A stretch of 64,000 nt of DNA, taken from the IMG/VR virus record IMGVR_UViG_3300019885_000016. One strand, written 5' to 3'. The position numbers were made by a program, and so were the translations under genes. This DNA comes from an uncultured virus (IMG/VR IMGVR_UViG_3300019885_000016) (Duplodnaviria; Heunggongvirae; Uroviricota; Caudoviricetes). Below the pieces are notes generated by a model. That model did no database searches, had not been told where the DNA came from, and saw only the letters and a program-made list of their open reading frames with translations. Positions 58,923 to 64,000 of the stretch are shown piece by piece. Position 1 is the first letter of the stretch, and each line of letters opens with the position of its first letter.

Positions 58923-59480
58923 ATGGGTGAACACATTGTTATCGAATTGGGCGAGAAGGTTAAGCTCAAAGGCACGGACGCGGAAGACGGCGACCGCTTC
59001 CACATTACGGGTGGGGCGGCCATTGCCGATTCCTCTCAAGACCTTGCGGGCAAGTCAATAGAACTCGTAGGCGCGCAACTCGGTCGCACACACGTCTCCT
59101 ACGGGCCTGACCTTTCTGAAACACTTACGGGCGAAGAGAAGTTCGCAGGGCGCGGCGCAACCCGCTCATCACACGACGAGTGGGATATTGAAGTAGTTCC
59201 GAAGGGGGCTAAGAAAGAGGGCACGCAGGCCGCGCCTGATTCGCCCCTGGCCTCTTCAAATGTTCACGAAGGGCTTCTGCCGATGAGTGAAGTACAGGAA
59301 GAGCCATCTGAAAAGACTCCCTACGGGATGGATCAAGAGAACAAGCCTGTTGCTCCTCATCCCAGTATGACTGCCGGTGGAGCACATAACGTGGCGAAGC
59401 AGAGCGAGGATGCTGAAGCCACTGGCCCGACTGTGCCCGTCGCGGACGAGAAGAAGAGGGGCAAGAAGAAAAGAAAGTAA
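58923..59480 (+). CDS. Phage hypothetical protein
   Basis: AAGGAGG RBS before MGEHIV. Confidence 0.65.
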   Translation: MGEHIVIELGEKVKLKGTDAEDGDRFHITGGAAIADSSQDLAGKSIELVGAQLGRTHVSYGPDLSETLTGEEKFAGRGATRSSHDEWDIEVVPKGAKKEGTQAAPDSPLASSNVHEGLLPMSEVQEEPSEKTPYGMDQENKPVAPHPSMTAGGAHNVAKQSEDAEATGPTVPVADEKKRGKKKRK

Positions 59481-59483
59481 GTA

Positions 59484-60230
59484 ATGCCTGACACGATGCT
59501 ACAGGTTGTGGCGGGAGTCCGCACGCTGCTTCGGCGTCCGAGTGAACAGAAACTGCCCACTCAGGACATCCGCGAACGTGCGGACGACTGCCTTCGTGCT
59601 TTGGTTCAGGAAGCCCAGCTAGAAGGCAGAGACCAGCGCACCGTAGTCACAGACGTTACTCTTTCTCCTGACACCATAGATTACACGATTGATCTGGACG
59701 TTTCGGACTTTGAGCCTGTCCGTTTAGAGAGGGGATTGAACTATCCCAACATCGGTCAGGCGTGGACGGAAGTGGCTCTGGTTCCCTTTAACGCATGGGA
59801 GAAGCATTTCAATCAAGATTACGTCGCCGGAGCGATCTACGGCGGGGAAGACGGCAGGACGAGAATAAAGCTGAACCTTGATTCAACCGAGTTTGGATTA
59901 AGCTACTGGCGGCTCTCCTACAGACCCTCTCTCCTGACGATTTTACAGCTAGGCGATAGACCTCCTTTGCCAGCACATTTCGTGCCGATGCTAAAGCTTG
60001 GCACGGCCACAGGGTGTATTCCGATTGTCCGGGATGACTCGGCGGAATGGATAGCGTGGGCTGCTACGACCCTTCCGCAGTACGCCCTTGAGTTTGCTTC
60101 ATGGCGCGAGAGGTGGAAGGACTATTTGAATCATTCATTAGAGCCTAACACCGTTCCTATAAGACCGTTCAATGGCTTTCGTAGAGGTAATCGCAGGCGA
60201 TTGAGAGCCTATTTGCCGATTGGAAGTTAG
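59484..60230 (+). CDS. Probable head-tail adaptor
   Basis: Size, position, PPLPAHFVPML motif. Confidence 0.55.
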   Translation: MPDTMLQVVAGVRTLLRRPSEQKLPTQDIRERADDCLRALVQEAQLEGRDQRTVVTDVTLSPDTIDYTIDLDVSDFEPVRLERGLNYPNIGQAWTEVALVPFNAWEKHFNQDYVAGAIYGGEDGRTRIKLNLDSTEFGLSYWRLSYRPSLLTILQLGDRPPLPAHFVPMLKLGTATGCIPIVRDDSAEWIAWAATTLPQYALEFASWRERWKDYLNHSLEPNTVPIRPFNGFRRGNRRRLRAYLPIGS

Positions 60231-60947
60231 ATGGCGTACGCTGACCCCACAAGGATGTACAACCACATTCTTGACATCTTGAACGCAGCCGCCGAAGGCG
60301 CGTGGGGTGGAGATGTCTCTGACGGGCGAAGGTCGCAGGATGCCATTGAAAACGCAAGAATTCAGTCGGGCATGGAAGTCTTACGCGCCATCTCAATGAA
60401 TCCTGAGAACGGTCATTACGGCGCGCTTGTTCAAGATATTGCTGTAGAGCATAACACACAGATTCCAGACCATGACGGGGAGACAGGCATTCCAAAGATA
60501 GTTCCCTTTGACGGAAGCGCTGCAAGAGAGGGAATCCCGGCAGACCCGGACGAGATTGATTCTTACCGCAACGATACGCTGGGGCTTTATTCGGCGGCAT
60601 TGGATGGCACATCGGTTCTACACGACCAGCCGGATCAGAACAATCTGCCATCGCCCGTTTCTTTGAAATATTCGATTGTCGCGGGAAGGTTCAAGTTCAC
60701 CGGACTCTCAGCAGTCATTCCCATGATCCAGTTAACCCGTGAGATGGCCGATGCGCAGATTCCAGAAAACTATGAGCCAACGGTGGTCAAGCTTTCAATC
60801 GCCAAAACGGTTAAAGAAGGCGATAACCTCTATCAATATGCTCAGGCATACGCACAGGCTGGACAACAGGATTTGATGCAGATAATGAGCGGGGCGCTAC
60901 AGGTTAGCCCCGTTCCAGAGATAGCAATGGCTCAGAAAAACCTCTAA
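60231..60947 (+). CDS. Probable second adaptor / tail protein
   Basis: Size, position, IPENYEPTVV motif. Confidence 0.5.
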   Translation: MAYADPTRMYNHILDILNAAAEGAWGGDVSDGRRSQDAIENARIQSGMEVLRAISMNPENGHYGALVQDIAVEHNTQIPDHDGETGIPKIVPFDGSAAREGIPADPDEIDSYRNDTLGLYSAALDGTSVLHDQPDQNNLPSPVSLKYSIVAGRFKFTGLSAVIPMIQLTREMADAQIPENYEPTVVKLSIAKTVKEGDNLYQYAQAYAQAGQQDLMQIMSGALQVSPVPEIAMAQKNL

Positions 60948-60959
60948 GGAGATTTTACA

Positions 60960-61976
60960 ATGAACAGATACGCTCGCGCCCTCGCGCCTCTACTTTCTAT
61001 CACCATATTGCTCTCGACGCTCATCACAGTCTCGGCGTCTGGAAGTAAAACCATCGTCGCTAAATTCCCGACTACTTCAGCGATGAAGCTGGTTGACTCA
61101 GACCCTTCAATCACGAGTGTTCTGGTAGTCAACAATGGGTCGGTCACGGTCTATCTCGGAAACAGTTCATCCGTGACGGCTGCGGCATCGGCTTCGACAG
61201 ACGGCATCCCTCTTTATGTAAACAATTACATCGTCTTCAACGACGTGACGGATGCTCTGTACGGCATAACCTCTTCAGGTACTGGGAACCTGAGAATCAC
61301 CACAACAAAGGGGGGAGGCCGGATAGAGAGCGGGCGATTGCAGACCTCTGGTATATCCAATGGAGCGGCTGCCAACACAATCCCGATGTCGAACGGCTCT
61401 GACCTCGTTGCCAGCAACGCTTTGGTCTACAACCTGTCAACAGCAATCACGCCTAATTCGACCACGACAAGCACGGCTGCGGGCACGCTTGCTATGACTT
61501 CAAACGCTACGGGGCGCGGGTCAATCTTCCGCTCCGACGGGACTAACTGGCAACTACTGTCGAACTATTCAGATGGTGCTTTCCAGAGTGAATCAGCCAC
61601 CATAGCCACAACAGGCAACACGGATACCTATGTCATTGCCCCCTACGCGGCTACCGTGACAGGGGTGGACTTTTCAGGTGTGGATGCTCTCTCTGCGAGT
61701 GACACCAATTACATCACATTCTCCATTACTAATTTGGGACAGGCTGGCTCAGGCTCAAACCCCATCTTGGCGGCCACCGCTGCAAATACCACTCAGGCGA
61801 CGGGCGGAACAGCCATCTCTGCCAACACGAAACGAAGTCTTACCTTAAACGGTACGGGGTCAAATCTGGTTGTCGCAGCAGGTGATCGTCTGAGGGTCAG
61901 GTATGCGGTAACAGGCACACTGGGAAACACTGTTACTTACGCGAAGATCATCATTCGCTTCACGCGCCTGTCGTAA
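60960..61976 (+). CDS. Thr/Ser/Gly-rich beta protein with signal-like N-terminus (virion decoration or fibre)
   Basis: Composition; strong RBS. Confidence 0.6.
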   Translation: MNRYARALAPLLSITILLSTLITVSASGSKTIVAKFPTTSAMKLVDSDPSITSVLVVNNGSVTVYLGNSSSVTAAASASTDGIPLYVNNYIVFNDVTDALYGITSSGTGNLRITTTKGGGRIESGRLQTSGISNGAAANTIPMSNGSDLVASNALVYNLSTAITPNSTTTSTAAGTLAMTSNATGRGSIFRSDGTNWQLLSNYSDGAFQSESATIATTGNTDTYVIAPYAATVTGVDFSGVDALSASDTNYITFSITNLGQAGSGSNPILAATAANTTQATGGTAISANTKRSLTLNGTGSNLVVAAGDRLRVRYAVTGTLGNTVTYAKIIIRFTRLS

Positions 61977-61984
61977 GGAGAAAT

Positions 61985-62623
61985 GTGAGCCAACAGGCTA
62001 CTCCGAAAGCTTACAGCGTTCTCCCCTTCCTTGCAGACCCAAAACGTGAGGCGGAGGACGCGCGCCTTCAGGAGATTCGCAGGGCTAGTTTCACACGCGG
62101 GCGACTGACTGAAGCTGAAAAGATGGTCGCGCGGGGAATCGCACTTCAAGAGATAGCACAACGAAATCTTGAGCTTGTTGAAAAGAACAGGGCTGAACAC
62201 CTCGCGACTCCGCGACATAAAAGAAGGAAGGGCAAGGTAGTTGGCGAACTCAACTCACAGCGCCGACACGCTGAACGCCAGTTGGCCGAAGGGCTTCATC
62301 TCGTGGGGCGTCATCGGGAAGCCTCGGAAGTTCATCCCGATAAGGTGATGAAAGAGCATTACACGGAGGTAGCAGAGGCTATTGATAGAGACGACGAAGA
62401 TGAGTGCTCATGCCCTCCGCAGGAATTCAACGGACAAAAGATTGACCACATCCGACCCGCAAGGATGGTCTACTCAGAAAAGCACAACGACTTGGTAGTG
62501 ATGGAGCGATGTGTTAAGTGCAGACTTGCTAACGCGCGTCCTCCGAGTGGCACGCTTGCTACCAGATTGGCGGAACACGCGGCAAAGCATGTCCAGAAGG
62601 AATCAAGGGAAATACGGAGATAG
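61985..62623 (+). CDS. Phage hypothetical protein with Cys motifs
   Basis: AAGGAG RBS; CSC...CVKC. Confidence 0.6.
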   Translation: MSQQATPKAYSVLPFLADPKREAEDARLQEIRRASFTRGRLTEAEKMVARGIALQEIAQRNLELVEKNRAEHLATPRHKRRKGKVVGELNSQRRHAERQLAEGLHLVGRHREASEVHPDKVMKEHYTEVAEAIDRDDEDECSCPPQEFNGQKIDHIRPARMVYSEKHNDLVVMERCVKCRLANARPPSGTLATRLAEHAAKHVQKESREIRR

Positions 62624-62626
62624 TTG

Positions 62627-64000
62627 GTGCTTGAAATATTCGCCAGACAAGCCGTTACAGGCTATCAGTCATCTTCAAACCCGCTGCTCGCGCGGGAGGG
62701 CAGTGTTGTCTCAGGTTCAAAGAATCTTCTCATTTTAGGCACTGGTCGACCACAGTTAGCCAAAGGCCCGGTGATTATAAACGCGGTCACCGGAGGCCGT
62801 GTGATGTACAACATCCCTGACGGTGGCTATGCTTCACTCGGAGATGCCACAACTCAAGGGATAGGCTCAATCAGTGGAATCATTGCTCGTGCATTTGCAT
62901 TCGTCGGAGGCGGGCCGCTCTATATAAACGGAATATCTCGAAGCGTCAGCGCTTCCACAACCCCGCAACTCATTCTCTATAAATCAGGCTCATACTCGGG
63001 TTTAGGTACTGGCCCGTTCACGATGGGTTTATCTCGTCCTAGCGCTCCAACCATAGCAACAACTCCGACTGTCAATACGGACATGTCGGGAACTGTTGCG
63101 GCTGAAATCTGGTTCGTCCGCTCTGCCACAGGAGGAAGAAGTCGAGCATCGTTACCATCAAATGTTTTAGTAGTTGATGGGAAGACAGTAAGGATTACCA
63201 TCTCAGGGGCAGATTTAACCACGGCATCAAATAATGGTTATGATCGCATCGGGGTCGCCGTCACATTGTTTGGTTTTGGGTTCAGCGGGCCATTTTATGA
63301 ATATAAAGATGCGACCGTTAGCGGTGAGATTCCCATTTCATCATTAACTACTGTGGACGGAGTTGCTAATTCCTATGAATTGGCGTGGACGAATGGCTCT
63401 TTAGCGGGATCGGATTTAGCTCCCGGCTTGGATTTTCAACCTCCTCCGTTTGTCTTCCTTGCGGGGTTAGAAGATGTCTTGGCCGGTATTGGTGCTTGTG
63501 GTGATATTTCGAGCGGAGTCTCTACGGGCAGTCCCGGCACGGCAATCGTTGTTTCTTTACCAGTATTCATAGAATCCTTCCCCCCTGATTCAATACTGTT
63601 CCTGCCAGAAGCTCCTACTGGTGTATTGTCCCGCGCCTCGGAGGGTTTTTGTTTCGTCGCGTGTAAAAACTCACTGCACGCTCTCCTCTATACAGGAGGC
63701 AAGAACCCTCTATCTCTGAGAACGGTCTGGGCGCAAGTGGGCTTCGCAAATCAGAAGAACATGACGCTCGCGGAAGGCGGTCGCCTCTATGGAATGAGTT
63801 CTGGCAAGAGGGGGCTGGTTCGCATAGGGGAGTCGGGTGAACCGGAAACCGAGTGGGCTGCCGATGTGGTTGAAGACGTAAGAGGGTGGGCGGCAGATAA
63901 CGTAATTACAGGCTGGGATGGTGATCATCAGATAGTCGCCTTCGGACACGTACAAACGATTCTATGTTTTGCTCCCGCTGCGCGAGGCGGTGAGGGTGCG
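62627..64000 (+). CDS. Partial tail / nozzle-like structural protein (no stop seen before window end)
   Basis: GGAG RBS; frame reading VLEIFARQAVTGY...; Gly/Ser/Thr-rich. Confidence 0.6.
   Translation, partial: MLEIFARQAVTGYQSSSNPLLAREGSVVSGSKNLLILGTGRPQLAKGPVIINAVTGGRVMYNIPDGGYASLGDATTQGIGSISGIIARAFAFVGGGPLYINGISRSVSASTTPQLILYKSGSYSGLGTGPFTMGLSRPSAPTIATTPTVNTDMSGTVAAEIWFVRSATGGRSRASLPSNVLVVDGKTVRITISGADLTTASNNGYDRIGVAVTLFGFGFSGPFYEYKDATVSGEIPISSLTTVDGVANSYELAWTNGSLAGSDLAPGLDFQPPPFVFLAGLEDVLAGIGACGDISSGVSTGSPGTAIVVSLPVFIESFPPDSILFLPEAPTGVLSRASEGFCFVACKNSLHALLYTGGKNPLSLRTVWAQVGFANQKNMTLAEGGRLYGMSSGKRGLVRIGESGEPETEWAADVVEDVRGWAADNVITGWDGDHQIVAFGHVQTILCFAPAARGGEGA

Larger units (their letters stand above)
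2310..64000. mobile_element. Integrated temperate prophage (podovirus-like head, adaptor and ejection genes); right end outside window
   Basis: Integrase at boundary, repressor switch, replication genes, terminase, portal, capsid; lower GC than flank. Confidence 0.95.

Overview
Bases 1-~2310 are GC-rich host DNA, probably Acidobacteria (Blastocatellia/Pyrinomonadaceae-like, judged from the VWA protein type). The rest is an integrated temperate prophage with podovirus-like structural genes that runs off the right edge. Gene order: tyrosine integrase and excisionase; leftward early accessory genes; immunity switch; rightward early/replication genes (Cas4-like nuclease, C5 methyltransferase, SSB-like, SF2 helicase, TOPRIM primase); promoter-bearing morons; membrane/lysis-type genes; ejection proteins including a 3813-aa polyvalent protein; terS, terL, portal, scaffold, capsid, adaptors, tail. 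Highlights: (1) at least three intact and one degenerate transposase-less IS200/IS605-type mini-elements, each carrying one unrelated passenger gene, with ends obeying the TnpA guide/cleavage-site rule; (2) a Zn-finger/photoactive-yellow-protein gene translationally coupled to an RHH-S24 repressor; (3) a divergent secreted-peptide/TPR-receptor pair resembling RRNPP/arbitrium signalling; (4) a giant virion protein whose topoisomerase IB, ART-like and metallopeptidase modules are bounded by a repeated LKMA motif; (5) an integron-cassette-like remnant. All calls are from motif reading by eye; no searches were run.
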